Positions 34,249-45,415 of a stretch of 64,000 bases of DNA are shown piece by piece (positions within the stretch are counted from its first letter, which is position 1; every line of letters starts with the position of its first letter). The notes under the pieces are model-generated. The model worked only from the letters and a program-made list of their open reading frames with translations. It made no database searches and was not told where the DNA came from. The DNA is taken from positions 1,152,001-1,216,000 of the forward strand of contig CAWBMV010000034.1 of assembly GCA_963789955.1 (NCBI GenBank), in the 5' to 3' direction. Made by a program: the position numbers and the translations under genes. This DNA comes from an uncultured Candidatus Rokubacteria bacterium. GTDB taxonomy: Bacteria; Methylomirabilota; Methylomirabilia; Rokubacteriales; CSP1-6.

Positions 34249-35418
34249 CTAGAGCCGCGCTTCGTCGATCTTGAGGCCGAGCCAGTAGCGGCCGACCAGC
34301 TCGTAGTGCGCGAGTCGTCCCTGAAGATGCTGCGTGATGACGTGGATATCCTGGAAGTGGCGCTGGAGCAGATGATCCTCGTAGGCCGCCGTCGCGCCCG
34401 CGGCGTTGTACACGCTGTCGATGATCTGCGCGGCGAGCCGGATCCCGTGCGTCGTGGCCAGCCGAAGATTCGCACGATGCTCGAGCGCGAGCGCGTTGTT
34501 CACGCTGGCCGCCCACGCCTCGCGGACCGCCTCGACGAGAAACGCGCGGCCGGAGCGTAGCGCGGCCTCGGCCTGACCCACTGTCAGCTGGATCATCGGC
34601 TGCTCGCGCAGCAAGGTCGGCATCGCGCGCGGGGTCTTGGCGCCGGCCAGCTCGCCGAACGTCTCCAGGCACGTGCGCGCCATCCCGAACGCGACCGCGG
34701 CGTCGCCCGAGGCGAACAGCAAGGTTCGAGGAATGCGGTAGAGCGGCGCGTCCTCGATCAGCGGCGCCGTCTGGGAGAGCACGGTGCGGTCGGTCGGCAC
34801 GAAGACGTCCTTCACCGCGAAGTGGTGCGTGCCCGTCCCGCGCATGCCGCGGGTGTGCCAGGTGTCGAGCAGCTCCGCCTCCGCGACCGGCACGAACATG
34901 TAGCGCGCCTCGGGCGCGTCGCCTTCCATGCGGATCTGCCCGTTCTCGGTGATCTGCGCGTGTGCGGCGACCCACGATGCGTGCCGGCAGCCGGTGCTGA
35001 ACCCCTGGCCGCCCGGGGGGCTGGTGACACGATAGCCGCCCGGTACCACGATCGCCTTCGCGGTCGCCGCCGGCGTGTTCGCCACGACGGCGCGCGGCAC
35101 GTCGGCCCAGATCGTGCGGGCGACGTCGCGCGGCATCCGGGCCGCGTACGTGCCGAAGATCGCACCCTGGTTCAGGCACCAGCCGGTGCTCGCGTCGGCC
35201 TTGCCGATCTCTTCGATGACCTGGATGTAGGTCGGCAGGTCGATCTCGCCGCCACCGATCGCGCGCGGGATCGCCATGTGGAACAGGCCGGCATCCGCCA
35301 TCGCCTCGAAGAGCGGATGCGGCAGCTCGCGCTGCTTCTCGATCTCGTCCGCGGCGGAGCGGATCTGGGGAACGAGCTTGCGGGCGGCGTCGAGCGGCGA
35401 GCGGCCGTCGGTGTCCAG
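34249..35418 (-). CDS. Acyl-CoA dehydrogenase-fold flavin-dependent monooxygenase (HsaA-like); start uncertain
   Basis: ADEIEKQRELP, ADASTGWC, FSTGCRHASW, DTWHTRGMRGTGT, LQRHFQDIH. Confidence 0.85.
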   Translation of the reverse strand: MDTDGRSPLDAARKLVPQIRSAADEIEKQRELPHPLFEAMADAGLFHMAIPRAIGGGEIDLPTYIQVIEEIGKADASTGWCLNQGAIFGTYAARMPRDVARTIWADVPRAVVANTPAATAKAIVVPGGYRVTSPPGGQGFSTGCRHASWVAAHAQITENGQIRMEGDAPEARYMFVPVAEAELLDTWHTRGMRGTGTHHFAVKDVFVPTDRTVLSQTAPLIEDAPLYRIPRTLLFASGDAAVAFGMARTCLETFGELAGAKTPRAMPTLLREQPMIQLTVGQAEAALRSGRAFLVEAVREAWAASVNNALALEHRANLRLATTHGIRLAAQIIDSVYNAAGATAAYEDHLLQRHFQDIHVITQHLQGRLAHYELVGRYWLGLKIDEARL

Positions 35419-35434
35419 GGCGGGAGCTCGCTGG

Positions 35435-36322
35435 CTACGAGCCGGCCGCGACGAGGGCGGGCTCGGCGATGTCGAGAGTCGTCACGCGGCGAAGCTCGCG
35501 GCGATACTTCGTGTCGTCGAATGGCCGCGCGCGGTGCATCGTCGCGCGGTTGTCCCAGATCACGAGATCGCCGACACGCCAGGCGTGACGATAGACGAAC
35601 TCTCGCTGGGTGGCGTGCTCGGTCAGGTCGCGCAGCAGGAGACGCCCCTCCGGCAGCGGCCAGTCGAGAATCCGTGTCTGGTGCGACGCCAGGTAGAGCG
35701 AACGGCGGAGCGAGCGCGGGATCGTACGCACCAGCGGGTGCACCGCGCCCTTCAGCTGATCCTGCTCGCTCTGGGAGAACTCGAACCCGAGGATCTGGCG
35801 TGAGTGGGCGATCGAATGGTGCGTGCGCAGCCCTTCGATCAGCGCCTTGGTCTCGGCCGGCAGCGTGTCGTAGGCCGCCCGCATATCGGCGAACTCGGTG
35901 TCGGCCGCGACTGGCGGCACCACGCGCGCGTGCAGCATCGAGTAGCGCCCGGCCGGATCCTTGAACGACGCGTCGGTGTGCCAGAGACGATTGCCGAGCG
36001 TGTAGTGGCGCCGGCGATCGTCGGCCTTCATGATCTGGCCTTCGGCGTTGACGTTCGAGATATCTGACAGCGCCTCGTTGCCGAAGCGATTCTTCGCGAT
36101 CACGCGGCTGCCGGTGCCCTCGTGCAGCTTGCCGTCCAGACGCTGGGCAAACGCGAGCTGCTCGGCGTCCTCGAACGGCTGGTCGCGGAAGACGAGCACG
36201 GCATATTTGTCCATGCCGGCGCGGATCTCGGCGAGCGTTTCCTCGTCGTGGACCGCGCGAAGCTCGATCGGGCTGGCTTCACCGACGAACACTGGATGGA
36301 GGTTCCGGAATGTCAGCGCCAT
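35435..36322 (-). CDS. TauD/TfdA-family Fe(II)/2-oxoglutarate dioxygenase
   Basis: AVLVFRDQ, WHTDASF, DTEFADMRAAY, WDNRATMHRA. Confidence 0.92.
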   Translation of the reverse strand: MALTFRNLHPVFVGEASPIELRAVHDEETLAEIRAGMDKYAVLVFRDQPFEDAEQLAFAQRLDGKLHEGTGSRVIAKNRFGNEALSDISNVNAEGQIMKADDRRRHYTLGNRLWHTDASFKDPAGRYSMLHARVVPPVAADTEFADMRAAYDTLPAETKALIEGLRTHHSIAHSRQILGFEFSQSEQDQLKGAVHPLVRTIPRSLRRSLYLASHQTRILDWPLPEGRLLLRDLTEHATQREFVYRHAWRVGDLVIWDNRATMHRARPFDDTKYRRELRRVTTLDIAEPALVAAGS

Positions 36323-36378
36323 AGTCTCCAGAGGGTAGGACGACCCAGGCCGGTCCGTCAAGCGATTGGCCGGCGGAA

Positions 36379-37716
36379 CTAGGGGCAGATATATCCCGTG
36401 CCCGCCGGATTCTTGAAGCACCCCACCGACTCGGGCAGGAGCAGCTTCGGCAGCCACACCACGACATCCGGAAAGAGCACCGTGAAGGCGATCGCGAAGA
36501 AGAAGACGACGTAGAGCGGGAGCGAGCGCACCATGGCGCGGCCGAAGTCCACCCCGACGAACTTCGAGGCGACCAGTAGCGAGAGGCCGTACGGCGGCGT
36601 GATCAAACCGAACACCAGGGTCGTGATGATCACGACGCCCATGTGCACGGGGTTGATCCCGCCGAGGTCGGTCAGCTTGTTGATGATCGGCATGAAGATG
36701 ATGATCGCCGGCACGGCGTCGACGAAGTCGCCGACGATCACGAACAGGCCGACCAGCAGGAACATGATCTTGATCCCGCTCGTGCCCGCGTAGATGGCGA
36801 TCCACGCGGCGACGATGTCGGGGCCGCGCAGATAGGCCAGCATCCAGCCGAACGCGGAGGCGCCCGCCACCGCGGCCAGCGGGATCGCGTAGAGCATGCC
36901 GGCGTAGACGAAATCGCTCGGGAGCTTGCGGATGTGCCGCGGCCTGAGCAGCGGAATCACGACCGCCACGATGTACACGCACGCCACCAGACCCGCCTCG
37001 GTTGGCGTGAACCATCCCGTGAGGATCCCGCCCATGATGATGATCGGGATCACGAGCGGCAGCGCAGCGCGCTGCAGCGCGCCGCCGAACTCGGGCAGGG
37101 TGGCGCGGCGGCGTTTCAGGCCCACCGGCCCGAACAGGTAGCTGTAGACCATGAGCCCGATGCCGATGAGCACGCCAGGGACCACCCCGCCTAGGAACAG
37201 ACCCGCGATCGACACGTTGCCGGTCGCGCCGTAGACGACGGCCATGATGCTCGGCGGGATCAGGTTCGCCATCGTCGAGGCCGACGCGATCAGCGCTGCG
37301 GTGAAGGCGCGATCGTAGCCCTCGCGGTCCATCTCCGGCGCGACGGTGCGGCTCAGCACCGCGACGTCGGCGGTGGACGAGCCGGAGATTCCAGCGAAGA
37401 ACATGCTGAAGAGGGTGATCACCTGAGCCAGACCCCCGCGGAGGTGGCCGACCAGGGTTTGCGACAATACGATCATGCGCTGGGTCACCTCGGCGGAGGT
37501 CATCAGCTCGCCGACCAGGAGGAAGAACGGCACCGCCAGCAGCGCTTCGGAATCGATGCCATGGAACATCTGGCCGATGATCGACGGGAAGCTGATCGGC
37601 GTGAACGCCGTCGCCGCCAGGACGCCGGCCATCAGCGCGAAGGCCACCGGCACGCCGAGATAGCCGAGCGACAGGAACAGCAACGTCATCAGGCCGAGGA
37701 TGAGCCCGCTGTTCAC
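36379..37716 (-). CDS. TRAP transporter large permease (DctM family)
   Basis: LLAVPFFLLVGELM, GISGSSTAD, LIPPSI, GLITPPYG. Confidence 0.92.
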   Translation of the reverse strand: MNSGLILGLMTLLFLSLGYLGVPVAFALMAGVLAATAFTPISFPSIIGQMFHGIDSEALLAVPFFLLVGELMTSAEVTQRMIVLSQTLVGHLRGGLAQVITLFSMFFAGISGSSTADVAVLSRTVAPEMDREGYDRAFTAALIASASTMANLIPPSIMAVVYGATGNVSIAGLFLGGVVPGVLIGIGLMVYSYLFGPVGLKRRRATLPEFGGALQRAALPLVIPIIIMGGILTGWFTPTEAGLVACVYIVAVVIPLLRPRHIRKLPSDFVYAGMLYAIPLAAVAGASAFGWMLAYLRGPDIVAAWIAIYAGTSGIKIMFLLVGLFVIVGDFVDAVPAIIIFMPIINKLTDLGGINPVHMGVVIITTLVFGLITPPYGLSLLVASKFVGVDFGRAMVRSLPLYVVFFFAIAFTVLFPDVVVWLPKLLLPESVGCFKNPAGTGYICP

Positions 37717-38276
37717 GGTACGACCTCGGCGACGATGTTCGCGTCCTCCGGCCCTTCGAAGCCGTGACGCCACCCGTTGAGCAGTTGCTCGACGACGAAG
37801 AGCGCGATGAGCACGCCCGAGAGCGGAACGATGATCGTGTAGACGCCCAGCGGAATCATCGAGGGCATGCGGAAGCTGCCGAGGTCCAGGAGGAAGTTCT
37901 TGTAGCCGAACCAGATCATGGCGAGCGCGACGCCGAGCACCACTAGCCGCCCGAACGTCTCGAAGGCCGTTCGCGTCGCGCCCCGGAGCCGGCGCGTGAT
38001 CTCGGTCAGGTACAGGTGATCGTGGCGGCGGGTCGCCGCGGCCATGCCGATGAAGATGCCGTACGCGAAGAACGCGGTCGTCACCTGCTGGAGCCAGAGC
38101 CACGGGTGGCCGATGGTGCGGGTGAGGACGTCGAAGAAGACGGACAGGCCGAAACCGATGATGCTGGCCCCGCACAGCGCCATCAGCACGGCCTCGAGCG
38201 AGTCGAGCGCCCGCCACTTGAGATGGCGGTGACGCTCGAGCACCAGCCCTCGCGGGTCGGGCGTCCAGGCCGACAC
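37713..38276 (-). CDS. TRAP transporter small permease (DctQ family)
   Basis: DVLTR, RHDHL, four hydrophobic segments; operon position. Confidence 0.85.
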   Translation of the reverse strand: MSAWTPDPRGLVLERHRHLKWRALDSLEAVLMALCGASIIGFGLSVFFDVLTRTIGHPWLWLQQVTTAFFAYGIFIGMAAATRRHDHLYLTEITRRLRGATRTAFETFGRLVVLGVALAMIWFGYKNFLLDLGSFRMPSMIPLGVYTIIVPLSGVLIALFVVEQLLNGWRHGFEGPEDANIVAEVVP

Positions 38277-38280
38277 CCGG

Positions 38281-39285
38281 CTACTTGGTCTCGCGAATGA
38301 GCTTGAGGATCCGCACCGCGTGGGGGCCGAGCTCGGTGGCGAGCTGGTCCTGGATCGGCTGGGCCGCCTTGGCGAAGCCCGACTTGTCGACACCGTCGAC
38401 CACCTTGACGCCCATCTTCTTGAGCTTCACCGCCGATTCCTGCTCGAGCGCGAGCGCCTTGCCCGGCTCCACGCGCCCCACCTCTTCGGCCGCGCTCTGG
38501 ACCCACTTCTTTTCCTGATCGTTCAGGCTGTTCCAGGTCTTCTCGCTGACCCACACGGCGTTGTTGTTGGCTTCGTGCTGGGTCATCGACAGAACGGGCG
38601 CGACCTCGTAGTGCTTGTTGGCCAGGTAGACGTTGACGCCGTTCTCGGCCGCGTTGACGACGCCGGTCTGCAGCGACGTGTAGACCTCGCCGAACGGCAT
38701 GTGCACGGTCTGGGCACCGTAGGCGGGGAAGTGCGTGTCCTCGGTCTTCGTGGCCTGGACCCGGACCTTCATGCCTTTGATGTCGTCGACCGACTTGACC
38801 TCTTTCTTGCTGTAGATGTTGCGCATGCCCATGGTCATGAGGGCCATCACGTGCGCGCCCTTGACCGAGTCGGCGACCATCTCGCGGAACGCGGCGACCA
38901 CTTGAGGATTGCCGATGACCTTCTTCAGATGGTCCTCGTCGCGGAAGATGAAGTGCAGCGAGAGCACGCCGGCCTGCGGTGCCACCGTCGACGCGTTGGC
39001 GGTCGAGGTGATGATGAAATCGATGTCACCGGCCCGGAGCTTCTGCAGCATCACCGGCTCCTGGCCGAGCTGGGCGCCGGGGAACTGATTGATCCCGAGC
39101 TTGCCGCCCGAGAGCTCCAGCAGCTTGGCGTCGAAGATGTCGGCGGCGATGCCGTAGGCGGTCGTGTGCGGCTGGTCGTAGCCGAAGCTGAGCTTGCGCT
39201 GCGCGGCGGCATCTTCGGGCGCGGCGAGGGCGATGCCCCCGAGAACGACGGCGGCGAGTCCGAGCAGTCCGAGACGTCTTCTCAT
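38281..39285 (-). CDS. TRAP substrate-binding protein (DctP family)
   Basis: Signal peptide, FPGAQLGQE, DIKGMKVRV, MPFGEVYTSLQTGVVNAAEN. Confidence 0.92.
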   Translation of the reverse strand: MRRRLGLLGLAAVVLGGIALAAPEDAAAQRKLSFGYDQPHTTAYGIAADIFDAKLLELSGGKLGINQFPGAQLGQEPVMLQKLRAGDIDFIITSTANASTVAPQAGVLSLHFIFRDEDHLKKVIGNPQVVAAFREMVADSVKGAHVMALMTMGMRNIYSKKEVKSVDDIKGMKVRVQATKTEDTHFPAYGAQTVHMPFGEVYTSLQTGVVNAAENGVNVYLANKHYEVAPVLSMTQHEANNNAVWVSEKTWNSLNDQEKKWVQSAAEEVGRVEPGKALALEQESAVKLKKMGVKVVDGVDKSGFAKAAQPIQDQLATELGPHAVRILKLIRETK

Positions 39286-39337
39286 CGTTGAGCCCCCTGT
39301 GTGAAGCGAGATCGAGCCGGCGTGCCGGCAGGTATCC

Positions 39338-41382
39338 TTAGCGCGAGCCGCCCGCGGCCGTCAACACTCCGGTATGGATGGCCCGAACCTCCACCGCGGA
39401 GACGTCGGTCCCGGCGAGCATGCGCAGGGCGATTGGCGCGAGCTCCGCCACCGCGCCACGACCGGCGCCGACGGGACGGGGCCGACCACCCAGGCTCGCA
39501 GCGGTGCCCCGCGCGGATTCACGAATTCGACGACCGCACCGGCCGTCACGCCAAGCCGCGTCGCGACCTCTGTGCTGAGCCGAACTTCGCGTCCACTCTG
39601 GGCGTCGAGCCCGGCACCGGCGATCAGCTCGGACGCGCAGTCGGGTCGCGCGCAGCGACGCCCGCCTCGCCGCGGTGGCAGCGGCATCCGGCGCGCCGCC
39701 GCGTAGCACGACGCCGTAGATCGCCTCCGCGGCCGCTGAAGTGACGTAGCCCTCGGCCACGTCCGCGGCGACACGCTCCGGATCACGCTCGAGCGGGTCG
39801 CCGAAGCCACCGCCGCCGCTCGACTCCATCAGCAGCACGTCACCGAGCTCGAGCGGATATCCGCTCACCTTGCCGGGCAGCGGGGACGATTGGACACGCT
39901 GACCGTTCCGTCGCGACCCAGAAGCGATTGGTCGCGCCGGCCGCGCCACCCGAGACGCCGAAGGGTGGCAGCACCGCTTTCTCGGCGAGCACCGACAGCT
40001 GTGAGCCCGACACCTGGATCCGCACCTCGCGCGTGAGACCGAGCCCGCCGCGCCAGCGCCCGGGCCCGCCCGAATCCTCGCGCAGCGCGGTGCGCTCGAT
40101 GCGCACGGGATAGAGCTGCTCGACGGCCTCGATGGGCTGGAGCGTCGTCATGTCGCTCTCGGTCCACGTGCGCACGGTGTTGCTGCCGTCGCCGCCGTCG
40201 AAGCCGCCGGTGCCGCCGGCCGGGTACTCGTAGAAGATGAAGGTCTCGCCCGTACGCGGATGCGGGCCGCCGACGTAGCAGTGATTGCCGCCGCCCTTGA
40301 GGTCGCCGGCGATCTTGCCGTCGAGCGCCTGGGCGAGCGCGCCCATCACCGCCGACTCCACGCAGTACTTCACCTCGACCATGCCGCCGCACGGCGCGGG
40401 TGGGTTCGCGTTCACGATCGTGCCCGGCGGCGTGATCACCGTGAGCGGACGGAAGGCGCCGGAGTTCACGTCGGAGCCCGGATCGAGGAACGACTTGATG
40501 ATCGTGAAGGCGCCGGTCGGGGCCATGGCCGGACCGACGTTGGTCGGGCCGAGCGTCTGCGGCGAGGTGCCGGCGAGATCCACCGTGATCGTGTCACCGG
40601 CGATGGTGACCTTCGCGCGCACCGTGAGCGGCTCGAGCCGCTCGGTGCCGGCCTCCAGGTGCGCCTCGTAGACGTATTCGCCGGCGCGGAGCCCGCGGAT
40701 GGCGCGGCGCATCCGGCCCTCGGCGCGGTCCATGAGCTCCGCGACGGCGTCGCGGATCGTCGCGGCGCCGTAGCGCGCGACCAGCTCTTCGATCGCGCTC
40801 GGCGGCCTTCCGGCAGGTCCCGAGCATCGCCTGGAAGTCGCCACGTCGCTCGCGAGGCCCGCGCATGTTGCTGAAGAGCAGGTCCAGCGCGGCCTCGTTC
40901 GGCCGACCGCGATCGACGATCCTGATCGGCGGGATGCGGACGCCTTCCTGGAAGATCTCGGTCGCGCGGCCCGAGAGGCTGCCCGGGCTCATCCCGCCCA
41001 CGTCACCCCAGTGCGCGCGCACGACGGGGAAGACGAACAGCTCGCCGTCCGCGAAGAGCGGATAGATCATCGCCACGTCGTTGAGGTGAGTCCCGCCGGT
41101 ATAGGGCTCGTTGTGCAGGAAGATGTCGCCCGGGTGGATGTCGTCGCCGAACTTCTCCCGCACCGCCTTCATCGACCAGGCGACCGGCACGATGTGGAGC
41201 GGATGATCCTGCCCCTTGGACATGGCGACGATCTGAGCGTGGCCGTCCATGAGCACGCAGGAGAAGTCCTCGCCCTCGTAGAGAATCGACGAGAACGCGG
41301 TGCGCACCAGGGTCACGCGCATCTCGCGCACGATCGAGACGAACGCCTCGCGCAGCACCTCGAGGGTGATGGGATCGATCAC
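39338..41382 (-). CDS. Hydantoinase B/5-oxoprolinase family protein, indels, with C-terminal extension
   Basis: MIDPITLEV, NEPYTGGTHLND, HWGDVGG, EDSGGPGRWRGG, SSGGGGFGDP. Confidence 0.9.
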
Positions 41383-43427
41383 GCCCTGGTCTCCCGCTCG
41401 AAACGGAGATTGCCGTACTCGTCGACCTCGCCGCGCCACCCCGGGGGAACGACGGTCGTCGCGCCGAACTCCTCGACGATGGCGGGCCCGCGGAGGTGAG
41501 ACCGCTCGGGAAGCCGCTCTCGCTCCCACACCGCACAGTCGTGCGGCGCTCCTGCGAACCACACTGGACGGCGCCCGACCAGCGCGCCGTCGAGCGAGCT
41601 CTCTGCGCTCTGGTGGCGCTCGCTCGACGGCCTGGGGACGAGGCCGTAGGCCGTCAGTCGCGCGTTGACGAGCTCGATCGTGGCGCCCGGGCTCGAATGC
41701 CCGTATGCGCCGAGGTGCTGGCGGTGGAATGCGGCTTCGATCGTGTCGAGCTCGAGCTCGTTCGCGCCGGAGTCGCCGGCCGCCACGTTCAGCTCGAACG
41801 CCTGACCCTGATAGCGCAGATCGAGCGAGCGGACGAGACGCTGCTCCTGCGCGGTGAATCCTTCCAGGCTCAGCTGGTGGCGCGCGGCGTCCTCCATCTC
41901 CCCGAACAGCTCGACCGCGACCGTGAGGCGATCGCGCAGCGGGCCCACGCGCGTCCTGACGTCGTCGTGCTTGATCTGCGAGGCGAGGAGACCGAGCGCC
42001 GAGAAATTCCCGGGATGGCGGGGCACCAGCACGCGCGGAATCCCGATCTCCTGCGCCAGAGCCAGCGCGTGCATCGGTCCGGCGCCGCCGAAGGCGATCA
42101 GGGTGAAATCGCGCGGATCGTGTCCGCGCTGGATCGAGATCTCGCGGATCGCCGACGTCATTCGCGCGACCGCGATCGTGATGACGCCCTCGGCGAGCGT
42201 CTCGACGGTCATCGAGCGCCCGAGGCGCGTGCCGAGCTCGGCAAGGGCGCGGCGGGCGCCCGCGGCGTCGATGGCGATGCTGCCGCCCAGGCGTTTCGTC
42301 GTCCCGATGCGGCCGAGCACGACGTTCGCGTCCGTCACGGTCGGCTCGGTGCCGCCGAGGCCGTAGGCGACGGGACCCGGCGAGGCGCCGGCGCTGCGGG
42401 GCCCGACTTGAAGGCTTCCGTCGACGTCGAGCCAGGCGATCGAGCCGCCCCCCGCGCCGACGCTGTGCATGTCGAGCTGCGGGACCTTGACCGGAAAGGC
42501 GCCGAGCATACCGTCCGACGTGGTCAGCGGCGCGAGATCGCGCACGAGGCACACGTCGGTCGAGGTGCCGCCCATGTCGTAGGTGATGAAGTCGCGCACG
42601 CCGGCGACCTCGCCCACGAAGCACGCCTGGCTGACGCCGCCGGCCGGGCCCGAGAAGATCGTCTTGATCGGCAGTCGCCGGGCTGTCTCCGTCGTCATCA
42701 TGCCGCCGCTCGAGGCCACGGTGAGGACGCCGTGTGCGTAGCCGGTGGCGCGCAGGCGCTCCTCGAGCCCAGCCAGATAGCCGTCCATGATCGGCTGCAG
42801 ATATGCGTTGAGCACGGTCGTCGAGAAGCGCTCGAACTCACGATACTCGGCGACGACATCGGCGGAGCACGACACGGGCAGTTTCGGGTAGCGCCCCTTC
42901 GCGAGATCGGCGACCGCGCGCTCGTGGGCCGGATTCAGATACGCGTGCAGAAGACAGACCGCGAGCGCCTCGGCGCCCGAGGCCGCGGCGGCGTCGAGCG
43001 CGCGCTCGACACTGGCGGGATCGAGCTCCACCAGCACTCCGCCGTCGGCCGCCAGGCGCTCGACGATCTCGAATCGGTGCTTGCGCTCGACGACCGGCTT
43101 GGGACGCACGAACGTCGGCACGAAGAGCGCCGGAATATTGCGCTTGGTGCGGCCGATCTCGATCAGGTCGCGAAAGCCGGCGGTCGTCAGGATCGCCACC
43201 CGCGCGCCGCGCCGCTCGAGCACGGCGTTGGTCCCGACGGTCGTGCCGTGGACGAGCCGGCGCACGTCACGGCCCGCGATGCCGAGCGCCTGAAGGCCGG
43301 CCAGGACCGCGGCCGCTTCGTTACGAGGCTGTGAAGGGACTTTGGTGACGACGACCTTGCCGGTGGCTTCGTCGACCGCGGTCAGATCGGTGAACGTGCC
43401 GCCGACGTCGATCCCGACTATGAACAT
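41379..43427 (-). CDS. Hydantoinase A/5-oxoprolinase ATP-binding subunit
   Basis: GIDVGGTFTD, HGTTVGTN, SGPAGG, DMGGTSTD, GAGGGS, FGGAGPMH. Confidence 0.93.
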   Translation of the reverse strand: MFIVGIDVGGTFTDLTAVDEATGKVVVTKVPSQPRNEAAAVLAGLQALGIAGRDVRRLVHGTTVGTNAVLERRGARVAILTTAGFRDLIEIGRTKRNIPALFVPTFVRPKPVVERKHRFEIVERLAADGGVLVELDPASVERALDAAAASGAEALAVCLLHAYLNPAHERAVADLAKGRYPKLPVSCSADVVAEYREFERFSTTVLNAYLQPIMDGYLAGLEERLRATGYAHGVLTVASSGGMMTTETARRLPIKTIFSGPAGGVSQACFVGEVAGVRDFITYDMGGTSTDVCLVRDLAPLTTSDGMLGAFPVKVPQLDMHSVGAGGGSIAWLDVDGSLQVGPRSAGASPGPVAYGLGGTEPTVTDANVVLGRIGTTKRLGGSIAIDAAGARRALAELGTRLGRSMTVETLAEGVITIAVARMTSAIREISIQRGHDPRDFTLIAFGGAGPMHALALAQEIGIPRVLVPRHPGNFSALGLLASQIKHDDVRTRVGPLRDRLTVAVELFGEMEDAARHQLSLEGFTAQEQRLVRSLDLRYQGQAFELNVAAGDSGANELELDTIEAAFHRQHLGAYGHSSPGATIELVNARLTAYGLVPRPSSERHQSAESSLDGALVGRRPVWFAGAPHDCAVWERERLPERSHLRGPAIVEEFGATTVVPPGWRGEVDEYGNLRFERETRA

Positions 43428-43543
43428 CCGCGAGGCGCGTACGAGAGTTGTTCGGCGCGGGAGCGTGCGAGTTCCATGGCGGCAGATCGTAGCAGATCGT
43501 GACAGCCTCGTGCGGCTAGCCTGACTCTGCGGACTACCCCACG

Positions 43544-43891
43544 TCAGCGACGCCTGCGCCGTTTGGCCCTGGGGCGCACCGGCCATACTTTGAGGATGAT
43601 GAGCAGCCCCACCGTCCCGAGCACCAGGACCACGCCGAGGAGCAAGAACGGCTGCCACTCCGTGCGCCTCCCGGCCGACACCGTGCGTACCTCGAGCGGT
43701 TGAATCGTTGCCGGAGCGCTGGGCGGATGGCGCTTCTCGATGTCGGAGAGGATGCTCCTGATCTCTTCCTTGGTCTCGCGAGAGGACTCCTCCGACTTGC
43801 TGCTCTCTTGAGCGAACGCCGTTGACACGGTGAGCAGTGTTACGACGACGAACGCCGCCGTGGCGAGTGTTCTGACGGTGCCAAGAGCCAT
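43544..43891 (-). CDS. Hypothetical exported protein with C-terminal TM anchor
   Basis: Signal peptide ending AFA, hydrophobic C-terminal helix, basic tail. Confidence 0.55.
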   Translation of the reverse strand: MALGTVRTLATAAFVVVTLLTVSTAFAQESSKSEESSRETKEEIRSILSDIEKRHPPSAPATIQPLEVRTVSAGRRTEWQPFLLLGVVLVLGTVGLLIILKVWPVRPRAKRRRRR

Positions 43892-44048
43892 GACGTCAAG
43901 CGTACGGCCCGCCGTTTGAAGGGCCAGCCATCTTTCGAGGTACTCGCGGCTGCATCACGACCGAACGAGACCGCTAAGCTTGGTAGTCGGCGCCGACCCC
44001 ACTCGGAGCACGCGAGGTGATAGCATCGGCCAAACAGGGAGGCAACCC

Positions 44049-45393
44049 ATGGCCACGAGCGGCGAGGCGATCAGGCACCTCTGGACCCACAAGACGCAGG
44101 ATCATCCCTGGCTCGCCGACGAGGAGCTCGTGATCGAGCGCGCCGAGGGCGTCTACGTCTGGACCGAGCGCGGCAAGAAGCTCATCGACGGCTTCGCCGG
44201 CCTCGCCGTGGTCAACGTCGGTCACGGCCGGCGCGAGATCGCCGAAGCGATCGCCGAGCAGACCGTGCGCCTGGCCTACTACCCGACGACTCGCCAGTTC
44301 TCGAACCGCCCGGCCGCGGAGCTGGCCGCCAAGCTCGCCCGCCTCACGCCGGGCGATCTGGACTACTCGTTCTTCGCGGTCAGCGGGGCCGAGGCCAACG
44401 AGCGCGCCATGCAGATGGCCCGCCACTACTGGCTCGCCTCCGGCAAGCCCGGCAAGCACAAGGTCATCTCGCTGCAGGGCGGCTACCACGGCGGGACGAC
44501 CGGCACCTTCGCGGTCTGCGGGCTGCCGCATCTGACCGCGGCGTACACCGAGCTTCACGTGCCGGGCTTCGCGAAGGTCACGCCGCCGTACCCGTACCGA
44601 GATCGGGGAACCGGGCACCGACGACGAGCTGGTCAAGCGCCGCGCGCGCGAGCTGCGCGAGGCGATCGTGAAGGAAGGGCCGGAGACGGTGTCCGCGGTC
44701 ATCATGGAGCCGGTGATCTCCTCCGGCGGCTTCATCATGCCGCCGATCGGCTGGCTGCGCGCCGTGCGCGCGATCTGCGACGAGCTCGAGGTGCTGATGA
44801 TCGCCGACGAGGTCATCACCGGGTTCGGCCGTACCGGCCGATGGTTCGCCGTCGAGCACGACGGAATCGTCCCCGACCTGATGACCGTGGCCAAGGGCAT
44901 CACCTCCGGCTACATCCCGCTCTCGGCCGCCATCGCGCGGGGTCGGCTCGCGGACGCGTTCCCCGACGACGCCAAGGAGGAGAACGTGCACCCCGGCACG
45001 TACGCGGCGCACCCGGTCGCGTGCGCGGCGGCGCTCGCCAACATCCAGATCATGGAGAAGGACCACCTGATCGAGAACGCCGAGGCGATGGGCGCGCGGC
45101 TCCGCGACGGGCTCCAGCAGGCGGTCGGCAAGAAGCGGATCGTCGGCGAAGTGCGCGGGCGCGGGCTCCTGGTGTGCGCCGAGCTCGTGGAGCCCGACGG
45201 CTCCGGCCGGCCGCTCGACAAGAACAAAGTGGCGAGGCTCGACCGCATGGCGTGGGATCGCGGCGCGATCGTCTACGCGCGCGGCCAGGTCGTCAGGCTC
45301 GCACCGCCGCTCTGCATCACGCCCGCGGAAGTCGACCAGCTCGTGGACGTCGTGGCGGCGAGCATCGGCGAGCTCGAAGCCGAGCTCGTCTAG
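44049..45393 (+). CDS. Class III PLP-dependent aminotransferase, one indel
   Basis: [33 protein letters not shown]. Confidence 0.92.
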
Positions 45394-45415
45394 CCCCGAC
45401 TCGCGAGGCGGGAGG

